From: Escherichia phage vB-Eco-KMB38
Reading direction: 5' to 3' (one strand)
Sequence record: OR525701.1
DNA length: 64,000 nt
How positions within the stretch are numbered: the stretch's first letter is position 1; every line of letters begins with the position of its first letter. The position numbers and the translations under genes were made by a program. Below, in pieces: positions 45,537 through 56,544 of this stretch. The notes beneath the pieces are model-generated. The model saw nothing but the letters and a program-made list of their open reading frames with translations. It was not told the origin of the DNA and made no database searches.

Positions 45537-46271
45537 TTACCTTAAGATTTTTTCAATTTTAGAATAAAGCTCTTCTAAAGAGCCGTCGTTTGTAATAACT
45601 AAGTCGCCTTCTTCAATAGGCAACCCAGCTTCTGTAATATGTTTATCAGTGGATTCCGTACCAGAGCGAACCACATGAATAACTGTAGCACCCATCGCTC
45701 TAGCGGTTTCCATTTCATGGACTTGGCGTGTATCGGTCACAACGTAGTAATCGAAATCACTTCCAATATAATCCATATAGTTTAATGCAAAAAGCTTAAC
45801 CCAATACATACGGTCAAATAAATTAACGACAACATCCGTACCGAGGGCTTGCATAAGACGGCGGATCGACCACGTGTCGTTGATATTATTTATAGCTTCA
45901 CGCAGGGCTTCGTACGGTTTAATATCTAGATATGAGTATCCACCTTCTAGTGATGATAATACGTTAACACCATTAATTGGCAGGTATTGTCGTTGTAAAT
46001 AAATTAGCGTTTCTTCCATTAATTCAATAACATCTAATTTATTGAGATTTAATGGTGTTTCACGGTCGTATCCAATACCTTCAAAGTATTCGTATTTCAA
46101 CTCAGTGAATACATCCGGGTTTTCGACGTGTTTACGCTCCCAAGCTATTGCTAGAGAGTCTTTAATTGGATATGCTAATTGATATTTTATGGATTTAAAG
46201 TTTGAATTGATGTAATCAGCAGTAGTGTCTTTACCACTACGTTTGATGCCGCTTAAAAAGATTAGCTCCAT
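45537..46271 (-). CDS. 1: deoxynucleoside monophosphate kinase gp1
   Basis: MELIFLSGIKRSGKDTTADYINSN...WSIRRLMQALGTD...GATVIHVVR, close to T4 gp1. Confidence 0.9.
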   Translation of the reverse strand: MELIFLSGIKRSGKDTTADYINSNFKSIKYQLAYPIKDSLAIAWERKHVENPDVFTELKYEYFEGIGYDRETPLNLNKLDVIELMEETLIYLQRQYLPINGVNVLSSLEGGYSYLDIKPYEALREAINNINDTWSIRRLMQALGTDVVVNLFDRMYWVKLFALNYMDYIGSDFDYYVVTDTRQVHEMETARAMGATVIHVVRSGTESTDKHITEAGLPIEEGDLVITNDGSLEELYSKIEKILR

Positions 46272-46325
46272 AGGTTTTTCCTCATATAATTTATGAACGA
46301 TTATAACATATGGAGCTAGAAGCGA

Positions 46326-46916
46326 TTAGCGCAAGGAAGGATGTCTAGAAATGGATTTAGATTCGGCAGCTTGACGTGGTTGTTGAGATACAATGACTTC
46401 GCCATCCTTTTCTATCGTCATATACGCGTAGTGAATAGTTGCTACGCACGTAACGGCAGGATCAGAGTCTTCAGTGTAACTAAATTCAATTTCGCTCAAA
46501 TCGGAAATCCATGGTTTATAGAAATTTGCCGTCAAAACCACTTCAGTCTTATTGTTGTTTAAAATGTGCAAAGTAACAAACTCAGGACCATCGGAGTGTG
46601 CCGTATTATGGCCGGTTATATAGTTATTAGTGCTGAGCATCCATTTATACATGTTCATCCAGGACGTCATGTCTTCATCAACTATAAATCGTACAATAAA
46701 AGGGTCATATTCAAATGTAGTGCCTGCACGCATTGCACGACCTAGCCCCATTGTGCCAGTCACAGTTTCAACAACAGGAATTCTCACACCTGGCAGTGGA
46801 GCCGTTTGGGCATTGAGCACAAAACCTGAAGTTCGTGTACTATCCGGGATATCCACAACAAAGTTTGTTATATTTGTTTGGTTAAAAATCTGTCTCGCTG
46901 GACGAGTCATAAGCAC
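46326..46916 (-). CDS. 3: tail completion / sheath stabiliser gp3
   Basis: 196 aa ORF in T4 gene 3 position; start may be a few codons downstream. Confidence 0.7.
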   Translation of the reverse strand: MLMTRPARQIFNQTNITNFVVDIPDSTRTSGFVLNAQTAPLPGVRIPVVETVTGTMGLGRAMRAGTTFEYDPFIVRFIVDEDMTSWMNMYKWMLSTNNYITGHNTAHSDGPEFVTLHILNNNKTEVVLTANFYKPWISDLSEIEFSYTEDSDPAVTCVATIHYAYMTIEKDGEVIVSQQPRQAAESKSISRHPSLR

Positions 46917-47012
46917 CTCAAAAACGCTTTAATAAAAATGCAGTATAATGGTTTTAGGTCTCTTCCATTAATCCGGTTCAACAGAATATCAGACGAACGG
47001 AAGAGAATAGAA

Positions 47013-47834
47013 TTAAGACTTCCAAACAGTATTCGCAGAGAAACGTTTTCCTTTTGACATAAACTGCTGAGTAGGTAACATGATTATGTTAGCCCAGTCT
47101 TTAGGAGCTATTTCTGTTATTGTTCCTCTAATGTGGCCTGGCAGGTATGCTTTAATCATTTTGTCGGCACCTTGAAATCCTTTCACCTTGCTCCAATCTA
47201 TCTTCAACTTTGTGTTATTAGTAATAGTAGTTGTGCTAGCATATTGCTTCAGCAATTCTTCAAGAAACTGTTGACGTGCTTTAGGTGGGATATAGTGCAA
47301 GTTTAACCCATACATCAAATTATGTTTACCTAATCCTAAATAAATAATCAAAGGATATCTGTCCCAATACGGCAGAGTATCCTTATGTTTAGCATCATAC
47401 ACGTAAGTATAAATTTTGCCTGGCGTAGGCTTGACTACTTTATGACCTTTTACACTTTTCTTAATTGTTTCAACAAACCACTTAGATGATTTGTTGTTTA
47501 CTGCTGCGCCTTCATTTCTAATCTTTTCTCGTATTGAACTGCGAAACGAGTTTATCATCAGAAGTTGACGTTCTTGCTTATTGAGTTTATTTTTAGGTTT
47601 AGATTCAAGCGTTTCAATTTTCTGTGCAGTCTTAATAGATGATGCATATCTAGACATTGCAGATGTAAACGACGAGTATTTTATTCCTTTTGATTCTGCA
47701 AATGCTTTTGCAGTGATTCCTTTCTCTTTAGCTTTCTTGTATTCTAATCCTATCTCAATCCATTTTCTTTCATTTATAGACTGAGCAATCTTAGGGGCTT
47801 GTACGCCTTCAGATATAATTTGGAATATGCTCAT
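47013..47834 (-). CDS. 2: DNA end protector gp2
   Basis: 273 aa basic ORF between 3 and 4 as in T4. Confidence 0.75.
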   Translation of the reverse strand: MSIFQIISEGVQAPKIAQSINERKWIEIGLEYKKAKEKGITAKAFAESKGIKYSSFTSAMSRYASSIKTAQKIETLESKPKNKLNKQERQLLMINSFRSSIREKIRNEGAAVNNKSSKWFVETIKKSVKGHKVVKPTPGKIYTYVYDAKHKDTLPYWDRYPLIIYLGLGKHNLMYGLNLHYIPPKARQQFLEELLKQYASTTTITNNTKLKIDWSKVKGFQGADKMIKAYLPGHIRGTITEIAPKDWANIIMLPTQQFMSKGKRFSANTVWKS

Positions 47835-47836
47835 AA

Positions 47837-48286
47837 TTACCCCTTGTATCCGAGTTTCCTAAGTCCGTCTTCGGTTAGAACTCGAAATTTTATATTTCTC
47901 TTTTCAGCAACAGCTGAGGCGGCTTTCCATTTGTCACAGTTCACGGACCAGGTATATATTTCGTTCATATAACGTTTCTTTGCGGCGGTCGTAAGATTTA
48001 CAGGCTTAATAGGCGGCTGAGTTTCTTTCTTTGGTTTTATTTCTACAAAGAACTCTTGACCTGATGCATCTTTCATCCATATATCCATAAAGTATCGACG
48101 TTTTTTACCTTCTGCGTTACAGAAATATGGAATTACTGCTGTTTCGCTGCCCCATGCAATAATTTCTGGATTTTTATCTAACCATTCGAAAAAGAATTTT
48201 TCCCAGTTTGAACGATATGTTATTTTGGTATGGTCTCCACGGTATTTTTTTAAATTTTTCGGGACCCATTTACCAGAGTAGGCCAT
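47837..48286 (-). CDS. 4: head completion protein gp4
   Basis: Start set at [10 protein letters not shown] Met, about 150 aa as in T4 gp4; minus-strand late promoter 27 nt upstream. Confidence 0.75.
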   Translation of the reverse strand: MAYSGKWVPKNLKKYRGDHTKITYRSNWEKFFFEWLDKNPEIIAWGSETAVIPYFCNAEGKKRRYFMDIWMKDASGQEFFVEIKPKKETQPPIKPVNLTTAAKKRYMNEIYTWSVNCDKWKAASAVAEKRNIKFRVLTEDGLRKLGYKG

Positions 48287-48297
48287 GTTGTCCTCCT

Positions 48298-48305
48298 TAT
48301 AAATA
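48298..48305 (+). promoter_or_regulatory. late promoter TATAAATA for gene 53
   Basis: Exact TATAAATA 43 nt upstream of gene 53 start. Confidence 0.6.
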
Positions 48306-48312
48306 GTATTAT

Positions 48313-48320
48313 TATTTATA
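48313..48320 (-). promoter_or_regulatory. late promoter TATAAATA for gene 4 (divergent)
   Basis: Exact TATAAATA on minus strand, back-to-back with the gene 53 promoter. Confidence 0.6.
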
Positions 48321-48347
48321 CCAATTTCATATTGGAAGGAGACTATT

Positions 48348-48923
48348 TTGTTATTTACATTCTTCGACCCAATAGGATATAGTGCTAAAACCATTAATAA
48401 GAATGCACCTACTATTCCTATGACAGACATATTTCGTAACTATAAAGAGTACTTTAAGCGTGTTGCTGCCAATTATAGATTACGTTCTTATTATATTAAA
48501 GGTTCTCCGCGTCCTGAAGAACTAGCAAACATAATTTATGGAAACCCTCAATTATACTGGGTCCTTTTGATGTGTAATGATAACTATGATCCGTATTATG
48601 GTTGGATTACATCTCAGGAAGCAGCGTATCAAGCTTCTATTCAGAAATATGCAAATGCCGGCGGAGACCAAATTCTTTATCATATTAACGAAAAACGCGA
48701 GAAATTTTATAACTTAGTTTCGTATCCAGATGAGCCATTAGTATGGTATGATAAAGGCGATAAAGCTCGTAAGTATCCACAATATAAAGGACCTTTAGCT
48801 GCAGTAGATACTTATGAAGCGGCAGTATTAGATAATGAAAAACTTCGTAAAATAAAAATTGTTGCAAAAGAAGATATAAACTCGTTTATCACAGATTTGA
48901 TTCGTGAGATGGAGATTGCATAA
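48348..48923 (+). CDS. 53: baseplate wedge protein gp53
   Basis: 191 aa ORF at the T4 gene 53 position, immediately upstream of gene 5; sequence not independently recognised. Confidence 0.8.
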   Translation: MLFTFFDPIGYSAKTINKNAPTIPMTDIFRNYKEYFKRVAANYRLRSYYIKGSPRPEELANIIYGNPQLYWVLLMCNDNYDPYYGWITSQEAAYQASIQKYANAGGDQILYHINEKREKFYNLVSYPDEPLVWYDKGDKARKYPQYKGPLAAVDTYEAAVLDNEKLRKIKIVAKEDINSFITDLIREMEIA

Positions 48924-50656
48924 TGGAAATGATTAGCAGTAGCCTTAATTGGTTCGTGGGTGTTGTCGAGGACAGAATGGACCCATTAAAACAAGGGCGA
49001 GTTCGAGTTCGAGTCGTTGGTCTTCATCCGGCACAGAGAGCACAAGGTGACGTACAAGGTATTCCTACAGAAAAACTTCCGTGGATGACTGTTATTCAAC
49101 CTATTACGTCTGCGTCAATGTCAGGTATTGGTGGTTCTGTTACAGGTCCTGTTGAAGGAACTCGAGTATATGGTCATTTCTTAGACAAATGGAAAACAAA
49201 CGGTATTGTACTCGGTACATATGGTGGAATTGTACGCGAAAAGCCTAATAGACTCGAAGGTTTTTCCGACCCTACAGGTCAATATCCACGGCGTTTAGGT
49301 AATGATACGAACGTATTAAACCAAGGTGGCGAAGCTGGTTATTATTCGAACTCTAACGTAATTCAAGATAACAACTTGGATTATGGTATAAACCCAGACG
49401 ATACAGATTTAGCAAATATTCCAGAAGATGATGACCCTAATTTTACAATAACAGAAATGTTACGTCGTGACGAAGGTCTTCGTGATAAAGTGTATTGGGA
49501 CCATCTCGGGTATCCTACAGTAGGTATTGGACACCTTATCGTAATGGAAAAGACCCGAGACATGTCTCGAATTAATAAATTGTTATCCGATCAAGTAGGG
49601 CGTGAAGTAACAGGAAATCCGGGAACTATTACATTAGAAGAAGCAACAGCGTTATTTGAGAAGGACCTTGCTAAGATGCAGAAAGACATTCGTTCTAATT
49701 CTAAAGTAGGTCCTGTTTATGCTAAAATGAACAGATCTCGCCAAATGGCATTAGAAAACATGTGCTTCCAAATGGGCGTTGGTGGTGTAGCAAAATTCAA
49801 TACTATGCTTAAAGCAATGGCCGAAGGTGATTGGAAAACTGCATACAAATCTGGGCGCGATTCATTATGGTTCCAACAGACTAAAGGACGCGCTTCACGT
49901 GTAACAACAATTATTTTAACCGGTAACATGGAATCATATGGTGTTCCTGTTAAAACACCGCCTTCACCAGGAGTTGGTGCTGATTTAGTTACTAGAAATA
50001 CCGATCCAGACGACCCGGCAGGTCCTCCTGTTCCATTAGATTCACGCATCCTTTTTAAAGAACCAGAATCAAGTTATCGCGGTGAATACCCGTATGTTCA
50101 TGCTATGGAAACAGAAAGTGGTCATATCCAAGAATTTGACGATACTCCAGGTAATGAACGTTATCGCTTAGTTCATCCAACAGGGTCATATGAGGAAGTT
50201 TCTCCGTCTGGTCGTCGCACTCGTAAAACTGTAGAAGACCTTTTTGACATCACTAATGGTGATGGGAATTTCCTGGTTTCTGGTGATAAACTTGTTAACG
50301 TTGGTGCTAACGAAATATATTATAACATGGCGGACCGCCTCCATCAAATAGACGGCAATGACACAATCTTTATTCGTGGCAACCAAGTTAAAACTGTTGA
50401 AGGTGATGGAACTCTTTACGTTAAGGGCAATATCAAAATAGTCGTTGACGGGAATGCAGATATTCTTGTTAAAGGTGATGCTAAGACTCAAGTTGAAGGG
50501 AATCATGACTATACTGTCAATGGTAATGTTAAATGGACTGTCAATGGTAATGTTGATATGACTGTTGCTGGCAATTGGTCGGAGACAATGACTACAATGA
50601 GCTCAATAGCTTCAGGACAATATACTGTTGACGGATCTCGTATTGATATTGGGTAA
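48923..50656 (+). CDS. 5: baseplate hub / tail lysozyme gp5
   Basis: 577 aa, N-terminal OB domain, central T4-lysozyme-like domain (EGLRDKVYWDHLGYPTVGIGHL) and C-terminal VxGxxxxx beta-helix repeats. Confidence 0.92.
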   Translation: MEMISSSLNWFVGVVEDRMDPLKQGRVRVRVVGLHPAQRAQGDVQGIPTEKLPWMTVIQPITSASMSGIGGSVTGPVEGTRVYGHFLDKWKTNGIVLGTYGGIVREKPNRLEGFSDPTGQYPRRLGNDTNVLNQGGEAGYYSNSNVIQDNNLDYGINPDDTDLANIPEDDDPNFTITEMLRRDEGLRDKVYWDHLGYPTVGIGHLIVMEKTRDMSRINKLLSDQVGREVTGNPGTITLEEATALFEKDLAKMQKDIRSNSKVGPVYAKMNRSRQMALENMCFQMGVGGVAKFNTMLKAMAEGDWKTAYKSGRDSLWFQQTKGRASRVTTIILTGNMESYGVPVKTPPSPGVGADLVTRNTDPDDPAGPPVPLDSRILFKEPESSYRGEYPYVHAMETESGHIQEFDDTPGNERYRLVHPTGSYEEVSPSGRRTRKTVEDLFDITNGDGNFLVSGDKLVNVGANEIYYNMADRLHQIDGNDTIFIRGNQVKTVEGDGTLYVKGNIKIVVDGNADILVKGDAKTQVEGNHDYTVNGNVKWTVNGNVDMTVAGNWSETMTTMSSIASGQYTVDGSRIDIG

Positions 50657-50659
50657 TAT

Positions 50660-51175
50660 ATGGCACAAATACTTCCTTTAAATACCGACTTAGGAGAAGA
50701 CATGGAAGGGGCGTCTATTAACGTCCTTTTTACTCCACAGTTAGAAACAACCGAAACTTTAGTGTCAATAAATATAACAGATTATGAACCAACACAAGGC
50801 ATTACTGTAGATGGTAATCGTTTATATGGAACATATGAAAGTGTGTTTAGCTTTTCTTCGGATGCATTGAAATACCGATTAAATGATGATTTTGAAACCG
50901 CATCTTCATGGGATGATTTACCAAAAGATGAATCAACACAGTTATATTTGTGGAGAGCTCCTCAGAATCTTCGTAAAGTGTTTAGTTATACGGTTGAAAT
51001 GATTTATAACCACCAAGAAGAAAGTTCATCAGGCGGTTCTAGAAGTGACTCTGGTGTAGAACCTCCACCGGCTCCAGTACAAAAAACTCTTACTAAGGTT
51101 TATACAAAAACTATAGTAGGAAATTGGAGCAAATGGGCTCATCAATTACGAAACTATGTTTATGCGAGGCCATAA
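50660..51175 (+). CDS. 5.1: gp5.1-like protein
   Basis: 171 aa ORF between 5 and 5.4. Confidence 0.6.
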   Translation: MAQILPLNTDLGEDMEGASINVLFTPQLETTETLVSINITDYEPTQGITVDGNRLYGTYESVFSFSSDALKYRLNDDFETASSWDDLPKDESTQLYLWRAPQNLRKVFSYTVEMIYNHQEESSSGGSRSDSGVEPPPAPVQKTLTKVYTKTIVGNWSKWAHQLRNYVYARP

Positions 51176-51176
51176 A

Positions 51177-51470
51177 ATGTCTGGATTAAGTTACGACCAG
51201 TGCGTTACAACAGGTCATGAAGCATGGCCTCCTACTGTAATAAATGCTTCCCAATCTAAAGTGTTCACCGGCGGTATTCCTGTTCTTGTAGCAGGAGACC
51301 AAATAACACCTCATACAGAAATTAAAAAACCGTACGAGACTCATGGAGGTGTTACTGAACCTCGTACATCTAAAGTATATGTCACCGGTAAAAAGGCCGT
51401 TCAAATGGCTGACCCAATTTCATGCGGGGATACTGTTTCTCAGGCCTCGTCAAAAGTCTTTATAAAATAG
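51177..51470 (+). CDS. 5.4: PAAR-repeat spike tip protein gp5.4
   Basis: [21 protein letters not shown]...[18 protein letters not shown], near-identical to T4 gp5.4. Confidence 0.85.
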   Translation: MSGLSYDQCVTTGHEAWPPTVINASQSKVFTGGIPVLVAGDQITPHTEIKKPYETHGGVTEPRTSKVYVTGKKAVQMADPISCGDTVSQASSKVFIK

Positions 51471-51478
51471 GAATTAAA

Positions 51479-53449
51479 ATGGCAAACACTCCTGTAAATT
51501 ATCAATTAGCCAGAACAGCGAATGCTATTCCCGAGATTTTTATCGGTGGTACATTTGCCGAAATCAAACAAAACATTATCGAATGGCTCAATGGGCAGAA
51601 TGAATTTCTTGATTATGATTTTGAAGGTTCACGTTTAAATGTATTGTGCGACCTTTTAGCATATAACACTCTTTATATCCAACAGTTCAGTAATAGTGCA
51701 GTGTATGAAAGCTTTATGCGTACTGCTAACTTGCGCAGTTCCGTTGTACAAGCGGCGCAGGATAATGGATATCTGCCTGCATCTAAATCAGCAGCACAAA
51801 CAGAAATTATGCTCACATGTACGGATGCATTAAATAGAAACTATATCACTATTCCACGTGGTACTCGTTTCCTGGCGTATGCTAAAGGTACTTCTGTAAA
51901 TCCATATAACTTTGTTTCCACCGAAGACGTCATTGTAGTTAAAGACAAAAATAATCAATATTTCCCACGTCTTAGGTTAGCTCAGGGACGTATTGTTCGT
52001 ACTGAATTAACATTTGATAAATTAAAACCTATCATTATTCGTGATAAGAACATTGACCGTAATTTGGTTAAATTGTATGTTGACGGAGCAGAATGGATTA
52101 ACTGGACTCGCAAATCGATGGTTCATGCTGGTTCTACTTCAACCATTTATTATATGCGAGAAACTGTTGACGGGAACACTGAATTTTATTTTGGTGAAGG
52201 TGAAATCTCTATTAACACATCAGAAGGTGCTTTAACATCCAACTACATTGGTGGCCTTAAACCTGTCCAGGGTTCTAAAATCGTAATTGAATATATTTCT
52301 ACTAATGGTGCTGAAGCAAATGGTGCAGTAGGATTCTCTTATGCTGATACATTAGCTAATATCACAGTTATTGGAATTAATGAAAACCCAAGTAATAACC
52401 CTGACTTCGTTGGTGCGGATGGCGGTGGCGACCCTGAAGATATTGAACGTATCCGTGAATTAGGTACAATTAAACGTGAAACTCAACAACGATGTGTGAC
52501 TGCGACAGATTACGACACATTCGTCTCTGAACGATTTGGTTCTATTATTCAAGCGGTTCAGACATTTACAGATTCATCTAAGCCTGGGTACGCATTTATT
52601 GCTGCTAAACCTAAGTCTGGGTTATATTTGACTTCCGTCCAACGAGACGATATTAAAAATTATCTTAATGAGTATAACTTAGGGACGATAACTCCTGTTG
52701 TTATTTCTCCTGATTATTTGTTTATTAAAATGAATATTCGCGTTACGTATGCATTGAACAAATTACAGGAATCTGAACAATGGTTAGAAGGCCAAATTAT
52801 TAATAAAATCGACCGGTATTATATTGAAGACGTGGAAATTTTTAACTCGTCATTCGCAAAATCTAAAATGCTAACGTATGTCGATGACGCAGATATTTCT
52901 ATCATTGGTTCGTCTGCGACTATTCAAATGGTTCGCGAGGTACAGAACTTCTACAAAACACCTGAAACAGGTATTAAATACAATAACCAGATTAAAGATA
53001 GAACATTAGAATCTAACGTGTTTTCATTTGATAGTTTACGCGTTGACCCTGAAACAGAAGCTACTATTAAATATGACGTTCGCATTGTAGGTTCAGATAG
53101 AAATGACCGTGGCATTGGACAAGTTATCATTGGTCCGTTTGCAGATGGCGACGTTATAGAAAATGCTTATATTCAACCATATACTGGTGACGATTTTAAT
53201 AAACTTCATGTTACGGACGGAAGAAACAAATATTACTCTATAGGTGAAGTAAATTATCCGGCTGATTCAATTTATTGGAATATAGCTAAAATTGATTTAA
53301 CTTCTGATAGGTTTGAAGTTCAAACTATTGAACTCTATTCAGACCCAGCTGATGATGTTATCTTTACTAAAGACGGGTCGTTAATTGTATTTGAAAATGA
53401 CTTACGTCCGCAATATTTAACCATAGATTTGGAGCCTATTTCACAATGA
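51479..53449 (+). CDS. 6: baseplate wedge protein gp6
   Basis: MANTPVNYQLARTANAIPEIFIGGTFAEIKQN..., near-identical to T4 gp6; start at the MANTPV Met. Confidence 0.92.
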   Translation: MANTPVNYQLARTANAIPEIFIGGTFAEIKQNIIEWLNGQNEFLDYDFEGSRLNVLCDLLAYNTLYIQQFSNSAVYESFMRTANLRSSVVQAAQDNGYLPASKSAAQTEIMLTCTDALNRNYITIPRGTRFLAYAKGTSVNPYNFVSTEDVIVVKDKNNQYFPRLRLAQGRIVRTELTFDKLKPIIIRDKNIDRNLVKLYVDGAEWINWTRKSMVHAGSTSTIYYMRETVDGNTEFYFGEGEISINTSEGALTSNYIGGLKPVQGSKIVIEYISTNGAEANGAVGFSYADTLANITVIGINENPSNNPDFVGADGGGDPEDIERIRELGTIKRETQQRCVTATDYDTFVSERFGSIIQAVQTFTDSSKPGYAFIAAKPKSGLYLTSVQRDDIKNYLNEYNLGTITPVVISPDYLFIKMNIRVTYALNKLQESEQWLEGQIINKIDRYYIEDVEIFNSSFAKSKMLTYVDDADISIIGSSATIQMVREVQNFYKTPETGIKYNNQIKDRTLESNVFSFDSLRVDPETEATIKYDVRIVGSDRNDRGIGQVIIGPFADGDVIENAYIQPYTGDDFNKLHVTDGRNKYYSIGEVNYPADSIYWNIAKIDLTSDRFEVQTIELYSDPADDVIFTKDGSLIVFENDLRPQYLTIDLEPISQ

Positions 53450-56400
53450 CAGTAAAAGCGCCAGCAGTCACGAGTCTCAGATTATCTAAATTGTCCGCAA
53501 ACCAAGTTCAAATTCGCTGGGATGAGGTTGGCGCTAATTTCTACTATTTTGTGGAAATAGCTGAGACCAAAACAGCTAATGGGGAAGCAATTCCCCGTAA
53601 TAGCTATAGATGGACTAATTTAGGATATACCGCTGATAACAATTTCTTTGAGTCTGGTTTAAATTCATTAACAACATATATGATGCGTGTGGCTACAGCA
53701 GCGGAGGGATTTGAGCAGTCTGATTGGAGATACACCGAAGAGTTTGAAACATTTGAAATAAACGCTTACACATTCCAACATATGATTGAAATGCAATTAG
53801 CTAACGAGTTTATTTCTGAAAAATTTACAAAAAATAATACCAACTACGTTGATTTTAATAATGACACGATCATGGCAGCACTGATGAGCGAGTCGTTCCA
53901 ATTTAGTCCTGCATACACCGATGTGTCATCGATTAGAAATTTTATAATTGGCGAAAATCAGTATCATGAAATCCAGGGGCATATCCAGGACGTATGTAAA
54001 GATATAAATCGAGTATATCTAATGGAATCTGAAGGAATTCTTTACCTTTTTGAAAGATTCCAACCTATTGTAAAAGTGTCTAATGATAAAGGCCAAACAT
54101 GGAAAGCTGTTAAATTGCTTAATGACCGTGTAGGATATCCACTTTCACGAACTGTATATTACCAATCAGAATATACGACGTATTTGCTCGGTTATGATAA
54201 GATTTTTTACGGGCGTAAATCATCCGATATTCGTTGGTCTGCTGATGATGTTCGTTTCAGTTCACAAGATGTAACATTTGCTAAAATCGGGGACCGATTA
54301 AATTTAGGTTTTGATGTAGAGATTTTCGGTACATACGCGTCATTACCAGGAAACGTATCACGTATTGCAGAAGCTATTACTTGTAATGACGACTATGTTT
54401 ATATTGCGGCAAGAGATAAAGTTCGCTTCGTTAAAACCAGTAACGCTCCTATTGATTCAGATCCATTATCTCCGACCTATTCCGAACGGTTGTTTGAACC
54501 CGAGACGTTTACAATAACAGGCAACCCTAAAGCAGTTTGTTATAAAATGGATTCTGTTGGTGGAAGAATATTTGCTCTTATTATTGGTGAAGTCGAAAAT
54601 GTTAATGACGACCCAAGAACAAAGCCTATTTTGGATTCTGTTGATAAAGGTGTATACGTTTTAGACCATGACGCTGGAACATTTAAAAGGATATTTGGTA
54701 ATACCGAAGAAGAACGCCGTCGTATAGAACCGGCTTTCACCAATATGTCTACTGATGGTGTTGAGCTTTATATCTCTTCTAGTAATTTTAAATTTTTAGA
54801 ATCTGATATTGTTGACGACCCAGAAACGCAATCTAAGTATGAACTTTTAAGAGCAGTTAAGTATGAATATCCTAGAGAATGGCTCGCAGATAAACATTAC
54901 CATATGATGATTTTCGCATCAAACGAAGAAAGTAATTGGGAAACTTTTTCACCAACTCCTATGCAGTATTATGCAGAACCTTTCTTTAGTTATTCTAGAA
55001 AATCAGGCACACGTTCTTGGATTAATAACTCTGATAGAGCGGTAGTGATTTATTCTGATTTGCTTTACACAAAGGTAGTGGAAAGCCACCCTAGCACTTC
55101 ACCTGATCGTAAAGTTCATGAATACTGGAATGATGGCGATTGTAAGATTGTTATGCCGAATATAGAATTCACTGGATTTAAAAAATACGCATCTGGTATG
55201 TTGTTTTATAAATCATCAGGTGAAATAATTTCATATTACGATTTTAGTTATCGTGTTAGAGATAACGTTTCTATAATTTGGAAGCCCACTAACGTATTCT
55301 TGACCGCCTCATTACAAAACCAAGAAAAAGAAACTTCTTGGGTTCCTGTTGAAGAGACAGGTCTAGCTGATCCGGATTTACGCCCATTACTCACTACAAT
55401 GATGCCAGAGTCTTATCTGTTGGATAATACAAACTTTGAAGCATTTTGTGAAGCGTATATTCAATATCTTTCTGATGGATACGGGACTCATTATAATAAC
55501 TTATTGAATTTGATTAAAAATAAATACCCACGAGAAGAACACGCATGGGAATATCTTTGGTCCGAAATTTATAAACGGAACATTTATTTGAATGCTGAGA
55601 AACGTGATTTAGTTTCTAGGTTCTTTGAGTCCAGAAGTTATGATTTTTATTCTACTAAAGGAACTGAAGCGTCGTATAAGTTTTTGTTTAAAGTTCTTTA
55701 TAACGAAGACGTTGAAGTGGAAATTGAGTCATCTGCTGGAACAGAGTACGATATCATAATTCAATCTGATTCTATAAGTGAAGATTTGGTTGGACAAACT
55801 ATATACACCGCTACAGGTAGATGTAATGTTACATATTTAGAAAGAAGCTATTCTAAAGGTAAATTACAATGGACTGTGACTATTCATAACCTTTTAGGTA
55901 GGCTTTTAGTCGGTCAAGAAGTAAAAGCCGAAAGACTAGCAGATTTTGAAGGTGAAATAGTTCGCGGTATTAAAGGTAAAGAACTTGCCCAAAACACTAT
56001 CGATTATTTTAATCGTGGTAGAGCTTATTACGTCATGAAAATAAAGTCAAATCTTCCGTCCTCTCGTTGGAAATCTGACGTACTACGTTTTGTACATCCG
56101 GTAGGATTTGGATTTATTGCAATAACCTTATTAACAATGTTTATTAATACAGGATTAACGCTTAAACATGTTGAAACTATTATTAATAAATATAAAAATT
56201 ATAAGTGGGATTCCGGACTGCCTACGGAATATGCAGACCGCGTCGCTCGTTTAGACCCTCAAGGTAATGTAGAATTCAGTCCTGTTACAGGTGAAGTAAT
56301 TTATGATGCTGGTCCTTATGCTGGTATCGAATACCCTTTACCTGCAAATTATAACGAAGAAAATGATAACTCTATTTTCCAAGGACAATTACCATCTGAA

Positions 56401-56544
56401 CGACGCAAGCCAATGAGCCCATTATTTGATGCATCAGGTACAACGTTCTCTAGATTTAGAGAGCTTGTTAATGAAAGATTGCTAGATAACGTGGGAAATC
56501 CTAGAGACCCGATTAATCCACCACAGGTTAAATTAGATGAATGA
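53446..56544 (+). CDS. 7: baseplate wedge initiator gp7
   Basis: 1032 aa ORF in T4 gene 7 position and size. Confidence 0.88.
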   Translation: MTVKAPAVTSLRLSKLSANQVQIRWDEVGANFYYFVEIAETKTANGEAIPRNSYRWTNLGYTADNNFFESGLNSLTTYMMRVATAAEGFEQSDWRYTEEFETFEINAYTFQHMIEMQLANEFISEKFTKNNTNYVDFNNDTIMAALMSESFQFSPAYTDVSSIRNFIIGENQYHEIQGHIQDVCKDINRVYLMESEGILYLFERFQPIVKVSNDKGQTWKAVKLLNDRVGYPLSRTVYYQSEYTTYLLGYDKIFYGRKSSDIRWSADDVRFSSQDVTFAKIGDRLNLGFDVEIFGTYASLPGNVSRIAEAITCNDDYVYIAARDKVRFVKTSNAPIDSDPLSPTYSERLFEPETFTITGNPKAVCYKMDSVGGRIFALIIGEVENVNDDPRTKPILDSVDKGVYVLDHDAGTFKRIFGNTEEERRRIEPAFTNMSTDGVELYISSSNFKFLESDIVDDPETQSKYELLRAVKYEYPREWLADKHYHMMIFASNEESNWETFSPTPMQYYAEPFFSYSRKSGTRSWINNSDRAVVIYSDLLYTKVVESHPSTSPDRKVHEYWNDGDCKIVMPNIEFTGFKKYASGMLFYKSSGEIISYYDFSYRVRDNVSIIWKPTNVFLTASLQNQEKETSWVPVEETGLADPDLRPLLTTMMPESYLLDNTNFEAFCEAYIQYLSDGYGTHYNNLLNLIKNKYPREEHAWEYLWSEIYKRNIYLNAEKRDLVSRFFESRSYDFYSTKGTEASYKFLFKVLYNEDVEVEIESSAGTEYDIIIQSDSISEDLVGQTIYTATGRCNVTYLERSYSKGKLQWTVTIHNLLGRLLVGQEVKAERLADFEGEIVRGIKGKELAQNTIDYFNRGRAYYVMKIKSNLPSSRWKSDVLRFVHPVGFGFIAITLLTMFINTGLTLKHVETIINKYKNYKWDSGLPTEYADRVARLDPQGNVEFSPVTGEVIYDAGPYAGIEYPLPANYNEENDNSIFQGQLPSERRKPMSPLFDASGTTFSRFRELVNERLLDNVGNPRDPINPPQVKLDE

